Assembly: GCF_002105155.1 (NCBI RefSeq)
Contig: NW_019029004.1
Location: forward strand, 186,001-250,000
Length of the DNA: 64,000 bases
From: Lobosporangium transversale
Lineage: Eukaryota
Reading direction: 5' to 3'
The notes under the pieces are model-generated. The model was not told the origin of the DNA. It did no database searches and saw only the letters and a program-made list of their open reading frames with translations. The translations under genes and the position numbers were made by a program. This document shows, piece by piece, positions 26,775-36,702 of the stretch. Positions within the stretch are counted from its first letter, which is position 1. Every line of letters starts with the position of its first letter.

Positions 26775-29774
26775 ATGACCGATACCCAGCTGTCCACGTC
26801 CGTTATCATTCCTCAGGAACAGCAGCTCTTGATGCTTACCCAAGGTCATCATGTCCCTGTCCAAAAGCAATCGCTGCAACAGCGTCAACAACATCAACAA
26901 AATTTATATTATCACCACCATCACTCTCAGGATCAGCAAGAGCAGCATCTCGATGACACGACACAAGATTTCTTTATACAAGATATGCCAGACAACTCAG
27001 CGGGGATTATCCAAGGGCCACCCACACTCCTACAATTGCAACATACCACAACATCTATACCTCTCGAAGAGGAGCTCAACATCTATGATTATATTCATGC
27101 AAAACAAGAAGATGAGGATGAGCATGACAGTCAAGATCAGGGTCATACCCATGCCCACGAGCGCGACCCTCTATCTGATTCGTTATCATCAAGCATGGCT
27201 GTGGTCGAAGATAACATTTCTCCCCGCCATCACACCACCGTGCGGCAGTCACCTGCTACTTCCCCATCTATCTCCTCACCGGTTCTCTCGGCCCAATCCT
27301 CGTCTTCGCCATTATTGTCGGCATTGTCTCCTTCCTCACCTTGCTCAGAGTCTAGAGCCGAACTTCAAGACGACTACTCAGTAGCAGCAACTGTCAATGA
27401 TGGTCAAACAGAGCAGGACACAGCCTTCCATGAAACGACTCATATCAAGCAGGAAAGCTTGGAAAGTACTTCTCTTCTTGCTCACCATACTGGCTATATG
27501 GATACCTCGATGGAGCTCTACGGATCTACAGATCCGTCACTGATGTCGTCGCAAGCCAGTTTGATGTCACCTCCACCACAGGATCTGTTTAGAGTGCTGA
27601 TGGAGGATTTTCAAGCTCAAGCAGCTATCCAACGCGAAAAGTTTTATTCTGCAACCACAGGGTCTGGGACGGGTATGGACTCGGTCGAATTCTTATTCAA
27701 TGGCCTTCAGTCTCAAGACCGAGTTCAAACGCCTACCGTATCTACTACAACAATGCCGACATCTTTGTCGTCTCAGACGCAGATGAAGTCTACATCAGAC
27801 TACTTGGCAGACGTTAATGGTGTCCATCCTGAGATGTCCTCTTCAAATGCATCAGTGGAACAGGATTCAAGTTACAGCGGCACTCGATCAACTTCTTCCC
27901 CCATAAATATGGACGATCTTTCTCCACCTTCTGTTAACACAAGAGCATCCTTGTCTGCTAATGAGCTTGAAGCAGACATCTCACTTTCGCCAGCATTTAC
28001 AAACTCATCCTCTCTTTCATCAGGCTCAGCTACGCCAGTATTAACATCGTCATTCTCACACTCTTCAAAGACCTCGTCTTACTCTTCAGCACCAAGAGCA
28101 GCCGTCGTTGGCGTAGCATTCACCAGAATTGCCAGTCAGCATTCAAAGACAAACAATCGCGCCAGCAAAGCTAGTGATAGTATGAACATTGATGACAGTC
28201 AAATCTCAATGGTATCCCCAACGTCTCAGCATAGTTTACGGACTACTACAGAACAGCAAACTCGAGGAAGGACAGCAGAAGTGTTCAAGGAAGAAGAGGA
28301 TGATCAATGGCCGGGTTCTAATGTGATCACCATGCAGCCTGCCCCTAGAAAAAAGCGGAAGATGAACCGCAATGCTGAAACTCAATCTCAAGAAGGATCA
28401 CCTAGACTCAACGCTCTGCCTTCGCCCCCCTCCTCGGTGAGGACTACACCCCCTCTGCAACCCATGGCCGTGGACGGGTGCCCGACAATTGATAACTTGA
28501 TTTTGCCCGATGTATGCTCTAGCCAGAACGAGCCCGTCACACCTACATCGCCATTAATGATAAAAATTGAAGCTGATATGGAACCGATATCTACAGCAAA
28601 CCTCAGCTCGACTTCAGGAACAGTAACAGTTACTGACAGGGTTGCAGAAACAATCTCTCTCGCTGAGTCTGCAGAAGTCGAGGTTGGCAAAAAGTCTTCA
28701 CCCACTAATGGTGGTAGCAAACGACCTTGGACGGTTGAGGAAGAAAAGTTGCTGTTGAAGCTTGTTGATGATAAGGCGCCCATCAAGGATATTGCTGAGA
28801 CTCTGAATCGGTCAGTGCATTCTGTTCGTTCTCGCCGACAGGTCTTGACTGACCCTGGCTTCGTCAAAGGTAATGGGCATGCTCAGCCTCGTCGCTCCAA
28901 GCCGGATCCTGCATCCAAGTTGCCCACATACTCTCAAATGGCGTTTTTGTCGCTTGCTCGGTTACCGGAACTTCAAGGAACACTCAATGATGTCGCTAGT
29001 ATGGTGGAGAAGCTCTTCAGCAGACATTTAAACCGTATTCCAAGGACAGGACACAAAAATCTGCAGATCTGGAGGGCTCAGATCTCGGATGCATTGGCAC
29101 ATGAGAAGGGGCATCCTCGACCCAGATTCGAGAGCTTTGGTGTCAAGCGTGGCAGGCAATGGGTCTATCGTCTAACAGATTTCGGCAAGGGTGTCATGAA
29201 GGCAATGGGATGCGTAGATCAGATCTGTGAGGACTTACTAAAGAATAATGAGCTGGCCTATGGTGAAGCAGCTCGTGGACCAGATGGCGAGAGCATTGGG
29301 ACTGGTGGGGCTGATGCCGGATTGGGCCAGGGAAACGGATATGGATACAGCTACTGCCCAGAGACGACCTATAGTAACAATAACACCAGAGTGACGAATG
29401 GTGTGGCTTCAGCGGGCTCCAAGTTTTCATCGTCTCCATCAACTTCTTCATCTCCCAAGGAGATGAGTGCTAAGAGTCTAGCTGTATCGAACGCAATTGC
29501 GAATGCTATGGCGGCTATGGCAGCCGGACTTGCAGCAATGACGGCCGCTGAGGACGAGAAATCTGCTGCTGCTGCTGCTGCCGCTTCTGCAGTTACGATA
29601 GCGGGGGCAGATATCACCATGACGGCTAGTGAGGCTAGTGCTACTGCTTCAGGTTCCTCAAAGAGGACAGGACTTGTAGAGACTTCAAGCGCTACAAAGC
29701 CCAAAGCCTCGGCTTCTACTACTTTTAATACCGCCGTTATATCCGGCGCAACACGTGGAAGAGCTAAAGCATAA
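26775..29774 (+). CDS. Putative transcription/chromatin factor: long disordered N-terminus, Myb/SANT-like domain, then a winged-helix-like domain; intronless
   Basis: About 1000-codon ORF with first ATG at 26775. It has an NLS-like PRKKRK, the Myb-like KRPWTVEEEKLLLKLVDDKAPIKDIAETLNRSVHSVRSRRQVL, and then KLPTYSQMAFLSLARLP...TLNDVASMVEKLF...WRAQISDAL...QWVYRL. Confidence 0.8.
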   Translation: MTDTQLSTSVIIPQEQQLLMLTQGHHVPVQKQSLQQRQQHQQNLYYHHHHSQDQQEQHLDDTTQDFFIQDMPDNSAGIIQGPPTLLQLQHTTTSIPLEEELNIYDYIHAKQEDEDEHDSQDQGHTHAHERDPLSDSLSSSMAVVEDNISPRHHTTVRQSPATSPSISSPVLSAQSSSSPLLSALSPSSPCSESRAELQDDYSVAATVNDGQTEQDTAFHETTHIKQESLESTSLLAHHTGYMDTSMELYGSTDPSLMSSQASLMSPPPQDLFRVLMEDFQAQAAIQREKFYSATTGSGTGMDSVEFLFNGLQSQDRVQTPTVSTTTMPTSLSSQTQMKSTSDYLADVNGVHPEMSSSNASVEQDSSYSGTRSTSSPINMDDLSPPSVNTRASLSANELEADISLSPAFTNSSSLSSGSATPVLTSSFSHSSKTSSYSSAPRAAVVGVAFTRIASQHSKTNNRASKASDSMNIDDSQISMVSPTSQHSLRTTTEQQTRGRTAEVFKEEEDDQWPGSNVITMQPAPRKKRKMNRNAETQSQEGSPRLNALPSPPSSVRTTPPLQPMAVDGCPTIDNLILPDVCSSQNEPVTPTSPLMIKIEADMEPISTANLSSTSGTVTVTDRVAETISLAESAEVEVGKKSSPTNGGSKRPWTVEEEKLLLKLVDDKAPIKDIAETLNRSVHSVRSRRQVLTDPGFVKGNGHAQPRRSKPDPASKLPTYSQMAFLSLARLPELQGTLNDVASMVEKLFSRHLNRIPRTGHKNLQIWRAQISDALAHEKGHPRPRFESFGVKRGRQWVYRLTDFGKGVMKAMGCVDQICEDLLKNNELAYGEAARGPDGESIGTGGADAGLGQGNGYGYSYCPETTYSNNNTRVTNGVASAGSKFSSSPSTSSSPKEMSAKSLAVSNAIANAMAAMAAGLAAMTAAEDEKSAAAAAAASAVTIAGADITMTASEASATASGSSKRTGLVETSSATKPKASASTTFNTAVISGATRGRAKA

Positions 29775-31615
29775 AACAAGAAGCTCAAGTACTAGTTTGT
29801 AGATCTTGAAATGGCTAACAAACGCCTGGCCTTGTACATAAACAAAAATAAAAAATTTTAAGCTCATTATTCTCATTTACACGACATTCTGTTTCAAGAA
29901 TTGTTGGCAATAACGAGCGTGGTGGCGATGCGGTGATGGAAATAAGAGCATTCTAACTTGTCCTATTTCTCTATTTTGTTCTCCAAAATACAACTGAAAA
30001 AAAAAAAAAAAAAAAAAAAATTGAAGCATCAGCACCCTTCATGGATACCGTCCAGGCATCGGCAGAGAAAGGTAACGATGATGTAAAGTAGCAAGGATAA
30101 GTGAGTTGTTCAACTAGGCATTAAGCATGGTGAATCTAAGAAAAGTAAACAAGCCTGAAGGGAAACACAGCTCAAAACAACCCTGAGCGAGTTCAATTAC
30201 AACTATTTCAACAGCCGCAACGGCAGCAGAGTAGCAAGAAAAACTGAAGACTACTGATTAAATTGAATGCTGACATTCCAATGCCACCTGTGCCTAGAGT
30301 TGTTAACGTGCTTGGATACATCTCAGTTGTCCTGGTTGGGCGATGGGTTCGAATAAAAAGTTTGGATAACCCCAATTGAAGTACAGGTTAATTAAACAAA
30401 ATTAGGTCTTCACAGGCGACTGTGGAGTAGAGGAGAAAAGAGCATTTCTGTCCTTGTGTATTACTTTAAGGTTTCTCTCTGTTCCACTCGCCATTCGCCG
30501 ATGGAGTAGAATTCCTTCCTCCTTCCTTCTCCACATGTCAAAAAGGATTTGAGAGCTCTCGTAAACAGGCAAAGCAAGTTGGGGATCGCCTATTGCTGCT
30601 GGATGTACAACAGCTGTGGTAGTTGTTTTCTTATTGGAACTTTGTACACATCAATCTAATGGTTGTTGAAACTTGTAGGCATAGAAGTTAAGATAGTAAA
30701 TATTTCTGGACGTTAAAAAAAAAAAAAAAAAAAAAAGAGTAAAGACCATTTGTCTTTACCCCTCGGCTGTGCTTGTAGCGAAGGGCATGACTTGTTCAAA
30801 GATAAATTACATTGCAGAAGCATGTGCTTGTTTTTTATTGCTGTTGTTAATAATAATAAAGTGCTTTCTCGTAACACGGAACACAAAGAACAAGGAAGCT
30901 GACTTGGGCGTAAACAAAAAAAAGAGAGCACTGTCTGTCAATCCATGGAGGATGAAGAAAGCAACACATCATACAGAAAATGCACTCATCCAAACACCAC
31001 AAGGAAACATTAAGACATGTCAGCATGTATCTAAGCAAAAAAAAAAAAAAGAGCCCTTGGACATTGGCAACAAGTAAAATGACATGGGGCATTGGTTTTA
31101 CTAGTTTGCTCTTTCTAGTTCTTATTACTTTAGTCATCCTCCTTTGTGGGTCTTCTTCTTTCTCTCTTTCTTGGTATTTTTTCTTTTTTTTTCTCTTTTT
31201 TTTTTCTTCATCTCATCGATTCTTAAACCTCATTTCAACAAACCTACTTTAATGCACGAGACCATAAACAGGGTAAAGTAATTAATTTATCCACTGGCTG
31301 AATTTTTCTCCACACATTGTCTCCTTTTCCCCCAAAATGAGCACTGTTTTAATCGAGAGCCAGCACTGCAAAAAACGCAACTCTTAATGCACTTGCTCTC
31401 ACTCATTCCGCAACGGTCAGAATTGTCCAATGCATTCATTGCTTGGTGTGTCATTCCAACCGGACGCGTTCCTGAAAAAAAGGTAGAAAAAATGACTGAC
31501 ATTTAGTCTTATTGATGGCATTCTTACTTCAGCATACGTAGCATAGCGAAACAGTAAAGCAGACGTCAACACAGAAACAACGGCAACAAGTGCAGTAAAA
31601 AAAAGTCAATTTAGT

Positions 31616-34456
31616 ATGACCGTCGAGACTCCGGAAGCAGTCGCTGAGGTGCAAGAGGTCAAGGACACATCTACCACTAAATCACAAACCATCCCTGCAA
31701 CCGATTCAACCAACTATGATATTGAGGTTGAGAATCTCTCTCTGTCTGAAGCAATCGTTGCTATTGGAAACGATGCTTTAGCCAATGGATCATCAACCAC
31801 AACTGCCTCGACTTCTCCAAGCACGCCGTCAGGCACTGTAACCCCTTCGTCTGCATCAGTGACAACCTTGGACGATGATAACGACATTGAAAATAATGAT
31901 GACGATAGCTCCGATGTCTTTCAAGACGCTGTGGACGAGCTGCCGGCGACACGCAAGCTTCACCAGCGATTGTCCCAGTACTTGCCTCAAAGCCGTCAAG
32001 TAGAAGAATGGGAGCAGATCATGCAAGACTGGGAACGTGTCATGGCAGAGAAACGGATCCAGGATGCCAAGCTCAACCTAGTTGAACAAGAAAACAAGCG
32101 TATGAGGGCTCAAGTGCAAGATCTGGAGGCTTCCAAGGCAGAGCTCGAGAAAGAATACTCAGAAAAGCTGAATAAGCTAGAAGTGGCTAATAAGGAATTG
32201 GTTAACAAGACCAAAGACCCAGCCAAGGAAACTGTGGCGCTTAAGAGCCAATTGGAGGAAGCAGACGCCGAGAAAGAGTTGTTCAAATTGATGCTGGAAG
32301 AAACTGAAGGAGAAAAGAAGCGAATCGAGCTGAGGGCAGTACAGCTGGAGAAGGAGAAAGATCAATGGGGCACTAAAGCCCAAAAAATCAATGCGCTCAA
32401 GAACAGACTGAGACTTCGGTCAGCTCAATTCCAGTTACTGTCAACATCGACATCTGCGCTTTTAGCACAGATCGATGGAACCAAGCCAGACAAGGAGCGG
32501 AAGCGATTGATGGATCAAGTCATAACACTTGAATCAGACCGTTCACGGTTAGCAGCCATGGTGAAGGACACCATAAACTCTACTACTGAGATGACTCCTT
32601 CGGGTTCAACAGCAGTAGATGTCTCCACACTCTCGAATGAGGAGCTCGTGAACGAGAACATGAAACTGAGCAACGAGTTACAGATGGCTAAGGTTGAGTG
32701 TTCGCTTCTGCAGCGCCGCATTGAAGCTTTTGAGGTGACGTTACATGACGTCCGTGTTGCACTCGCCAATTCAGAAGCTCATGCGGAGAATCTCGAGATG
32801 AAGAAGTACGACCTTCAAGACAAGCTCGCTGCTGCAGAGGGCAACTTGGATCGCGCTAGAATCGAGTCGACCAAGTATCAAGCCTTGCACAAGGAAATGT
32901 TGGAGAAGAATGATAAGCTCGACCGAGAAATGCAGGTCGTCAAGGCACGCTTTGAGGCCAAAGACCGTGTGTTGGTCACCACCCAGAAGCAGCTGGCTGC
33001 TGCTAAGGCAGATGGTGGCCTCTTAAAGACCATTCGGCGGGAGCTCGAGTCCGTGTTGTTTGACTACAACACAGTGGTGCAGCACTTTATGGACATCCAG
33101 GTCCAGGCTATCGCCGCCAAGTCTCTGGCCAATAATCTAAAGCGTAAGAACAATGAGCTTCAGGCCCAACTAACACATTATCGATCCATGCTGCTCGGTA
33201 TCAAGTCCTTCAATAACAATGATCCCATCAAGTCGCCCACCGTCACCACACTCCGGTCCGAGTTCCGTGTGTTATTGGAGAAGATCCAAGAGGAACACAA
33301 TGCCCAGGTGGATAAGGAACGTGCAGATAGGTCGAAGGCGCAAGACTGGAATCGAAAGCTACGAATGGAGAAAGACTTTATGAAGCTGGAACTTCAGAAT
33401 CAGATCGAGAAATGGAGGCGTGTCTCAATTTATTGGGAAGACAAATGGCGCAAGACTGCCAATGATTTGCATGAGGCTGTAACAAGCGGTACTACCTCCG
33501 ATGTTCTGTTTGAAATTGCTTCCGCACATCCTAATCTTCAACAAACAGGCGCCACACCACCATCTGTGCTCTCGTCCCCTAGGCCCAGCCAAAGCTTGAC
33601 CAATAGTGCCGCGGCTGCTAAGAGACGTTCACTCGCTATTTTGACAAGTATCGGCGGTGGCAGCAGTAGTACTAATAGCGTGGGACCAAATGACGCGCCA
33701 ATGACACCTTCAGCTATGAAACAACAAATAATGGAAAGTAAACTGCGCTCTGCAGGTAGCAGCAATAGTGGGGGATCGGGTTTGCATTCACGCCAGAACA
33801 GCAGCTCTCTTTTCCAAGCATCTCCTAGCTTCGCATCCTTGATCAACGCCAACCCGCCAGTGACCGCCATCTCCTCGCCGCCTCTTCCTGCCAACACAAG
33901 TCCTTCGACTGCCACACTGACTGTAGGCGCTATTACAGAATCTATTACAGACCTAGTCTCGAGCGTGAAACCGTTCTTAAGCCGCAGCATTTCTCAGACC
34001 AGCAGTAATAGCAGCACCAGTCCTACTGGAGCACCCAGCTCGCTCATCGGTAGTGTTGGTACGGGCCGCGGTAGGAGTAACAGCGTCACGTTTAACCCAC
34101 TTAGTCACAATCCAGGCCCCTTGAGCCCATCTTCAAGGTTGGCTGCAGCCTCAACTCTCAGGACTCCTATTGCAGCAGGATTACCTGCCAACGTTACAGG
34201 AGTAGGCGCAAAGGGCAACACGTCTGTTTCCAAAACATCCTTACGATCCAGGTCCATGGCCACCTCAGCAATTGGAACTGCACGCTCACAGGCACTCCAA
34301 GCCAATATATCAAGCTCAAGTACAGTGACACTGGCTAGCAGAGATGCACAAACGCGTGCAAGCGCCAGTATTTCATCCATGGGACGGTCAGTCGATCAGG
34401 CACTCAGCGAGTCAGAGCAGCTGAAGGCGGATGTGAGAAGAATGTTGAACCGATGA
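31616..34456 (+). CDS. Large coiled-coil protein (946 aa) with a Ser/Thr-rich disordered tail; intronless
   Basis: Long ORF with heptad-rich E/K/L/Q sequence over roughly residues 130-620 and low-complexity termini. Confidence 0.8.
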   Translation: MTVETPEAVAEVQEVKDTSTTKSQTIPATDSTNYDIEVENLSLSEAIVAIGNDALANGSSTTTASTSPSTPSGTVTPSSASVTTLDDDNDIENNDDDSSDVFQDAVDELPATRKLHQRLSQYLPQSRQVEEWEQIMQDWERVMAEKRIQDAKLNLVEQENKRMRAQVQDLEASKAELEKEYSEKLNKLEVANKELVNKTKDPAKETVALKSQLEEADAEKELFKLMLEETEGEKKRIELRAVQLEKEKDQWGTKAQKINALKNRLRLRSAQFQLLSTSTSALLAQIDGTKPDKERKRLMDQVITLESDRSRLAAMVKDTINSTTEMTPSGSTAVDVSTLSNEELVNENMKLSNELQMAKVECSLLQRRIEAFEVTLHDVRVALANSEAHAENLEMKKYDLQDKLAAAEGNLDRARIESTKYQALHKEMLEKNDKLDREMQVVKARFEAKDRVLVTTQKQLAAAKADGGLLKTIRRELESVLFDYNTVVQHFMDIQVQAIAAKSLANNLKRKNNELQAQLTHYRSMLLGIKSFNNNDPIKSPTVTTLRSEFRVLLEKIQEEHNAQVDKERADRSKAQDWNRKLRMEKDFMKLELQNQIEKWRRVSIYWEDKWRKTANDLHEAVTSGTTSDVLFEIASAHPNLQQTGATPPSVLSSPRPSQSLTNSAAAAKRRSLAILTSIGGGSSSTNSVGPNDAPMTPSAMKQQIMESKLRSAGSSNSGGSGLHSRQNSSSLFQASPSFASLINANPPVTAISSPPLPANTSPSTATLTVGAITESITDLVSSVKPFLSRSISQTSSNSSTSPTGAPSSLIGSVGTGRGRSNSVTFNPLSHNPGPLSPSSRLAAASTLRTPIAAGLPANVTGVGAKGNTSVSKTSLRSRSMATSAIGTARSQALQANISSSSTVTLASRDAQTRASASISSMGRSVDQALSESEQLKADVRRMLNR

Positions 34457-35273
34457 AAAGGGAAGGAAAAAAGGGGAAAAGAAGAAGTGAGGAATGCGAT
34501 AAAAGATCATCATGGAGGTCCAAAGTGGGCGTCGAAAAGATGTAGATACATACATATACATATCATACCAATAAACCATTAACACTTTAGCTGAAGGAAA
34601 TATGGAATGTTGACAATTTCTTGGATGATGGCATATGTTTACTTTAATAGCGAGCGTTTTTTTTTTTTTTTTTTTTTTTTTTTGTTATATTTAATTCGCG
34701 GGCCCACGGCTGATGCCTTAAGATGCTTTGGTCCTCCGTAAAGATGCGTTCCACACTATCTCACTATATGTATATACCTTATGGGAAAATGGCTAAATAA
34801 AAATAAAAATAAAAAAAAAAAGACTTTGGTACGAGATGAATATTCGGTCTCATGGAGAGAATAAGCTCCACAACATAAGCTCACTTTGTCTCCTTTTTCT
34901 TCATAAATATGTTCATAAAACCTTATCCACGTCCTCTATCAAGGGCTCCACGCGTTTATTTCCCATTTATTTATGTCGCCAGTCGTAGTTCAACGATGAC
35001 CTCAATTATAGGAGTCGCCGCCAAACAGGGTATCAGCTCGCCTATCGCAGTTGAAGTTGTCAACCCCACAGTCGAGAGCTAGATCTTCCTTAACACGTTA
35101 CCCCATTCAGATAGACCGATTTTCCATAATACTGCTGCATATAGGCACTTGATATCCTTTTCAAATTGAGATATATACATCTTATGGCCCATGACGAATT
35201 GAATCTTTCTATGGTCATTAGTTTCAGTTATATGGTCGAATCCTTTGCTCTAGTCTATTTTTCTTTTTATTCT

Positions 35274-36669
35274 TTACGCCTCGCTCTTGAGAATATCCGC
35301 TATAATAGCGACTCCATTTCCTAGCACGTAGCGTACAAATTTAGACCCTGTAATAGCTCCTGCTGCATAAATGGATTGATCAACCAGTGGCATCAGCTTT
35401 GGCAAGGATGCCCTTGAAGCGACTGTATGTTCATCTTCTCTTTCGAGCGCTGGTGCTGATACAGATATTTTATCCACCTCCATCATCTTTGCAGCAAAAG
35501 TAGCGGGAGTTGAAGAAGTAACAACAATAGGAGTCTTTTGCAACGTCTGTACATCGCAACAGTCACAGGCTCTTGCCCTTGAGCCATCATCAGCATCAGT
35601 ACCAACACAGTGACAATTTATAATGCTTGGAACTGCCTGTGTGGCAGCAATAGTAGATACAGTAGCACCACCCAAAATAGTCGAACTTTTAAGACCTGGT
35701 ACCATGGATACTAATGATGTAGTTGAAGATGATGCTGACTGTGGCATGGACGATATTAACGATGACGAGGGTGAGGAGGGCGAAGACGATGAAGATGACG
35801 ACATATCTGTAGACGATTCCCTTCTGCTAATATTATCATCACCACCATCAGGTAATGGCAAGGGAGTGGATTCAGTAGACATGATCATCGACGGGATTGC
35901 CTGTGGCAGAGGCGAAGAGACTGCGGACACATATGCAGAACCAAGAGTCAGCGGTGGAGGAGTCAAGAGATCTGGGCATATGATTCGATATCCAAGCAAT
36001 GGGGAAGAAGGCATCGATATGCAAGAGGTGGGTTTGGTAGTGGTAACTGCTGTCACCATACTATTGGCTTTAATAGGTGTCATTTGTCGCTCTTGCCTAG
36101 CAGTAGTGGCGGTTTTGGTCTGTGCAGTTGCTATTGTCTCTTCAAAACTTCTCGAGTCCTTGTCGTTGTCGCTAACTTTGATGTTTTCATGATAATTCGT
36201 GGAGTTGTTGACAGAAGAAGCTGTCGGTTGGCGGATTGGATAACATGGAAGGCGAGTACATCGCTTCGCTTTCACAGGGAATGCTGGCAGAGCGGTGGTA
36301 GTAGGAGATCCATCAGCGGCGCTAACAGCGGTACTGGGGATGGAGATATCTACGGTGGATGAAGATCGATCCATTGCTGCATAAAGGACGCCAGTAGAGA
36401 TGATTCTGAAACTGTACATGTCTGATACCAGTGGTCTCAAAAGTGTCAACACTTGACCTTCATCAACCTGTTTATCATCATCCTCACTGTCGCTACTACT
36501 GACTGAATCACTACTCATCTCAGTCCTGTCTTGCTCTCTATTTGTCTCGTTCTCGTCCACCACCTCGCCCATCCTACCATTTATGTTAATAGCTTTTGTG
36601 TCTATGTCTTCTGCGGGTTCTGTCTCTTTTGTTTCTAGGACAGATGGACATTTGAATCCAAGACCCTGC

Positions 36670-36702
<33 letters not shown>

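Noticed and set aside
30340..30360. GGTTCGAAT B-box-like sequence suggesting a tRNA
   Set aside because: The flanks (ATGGG / AAAAA) cannot form a T-stem, and no acceptor stem or D-arm is visible.
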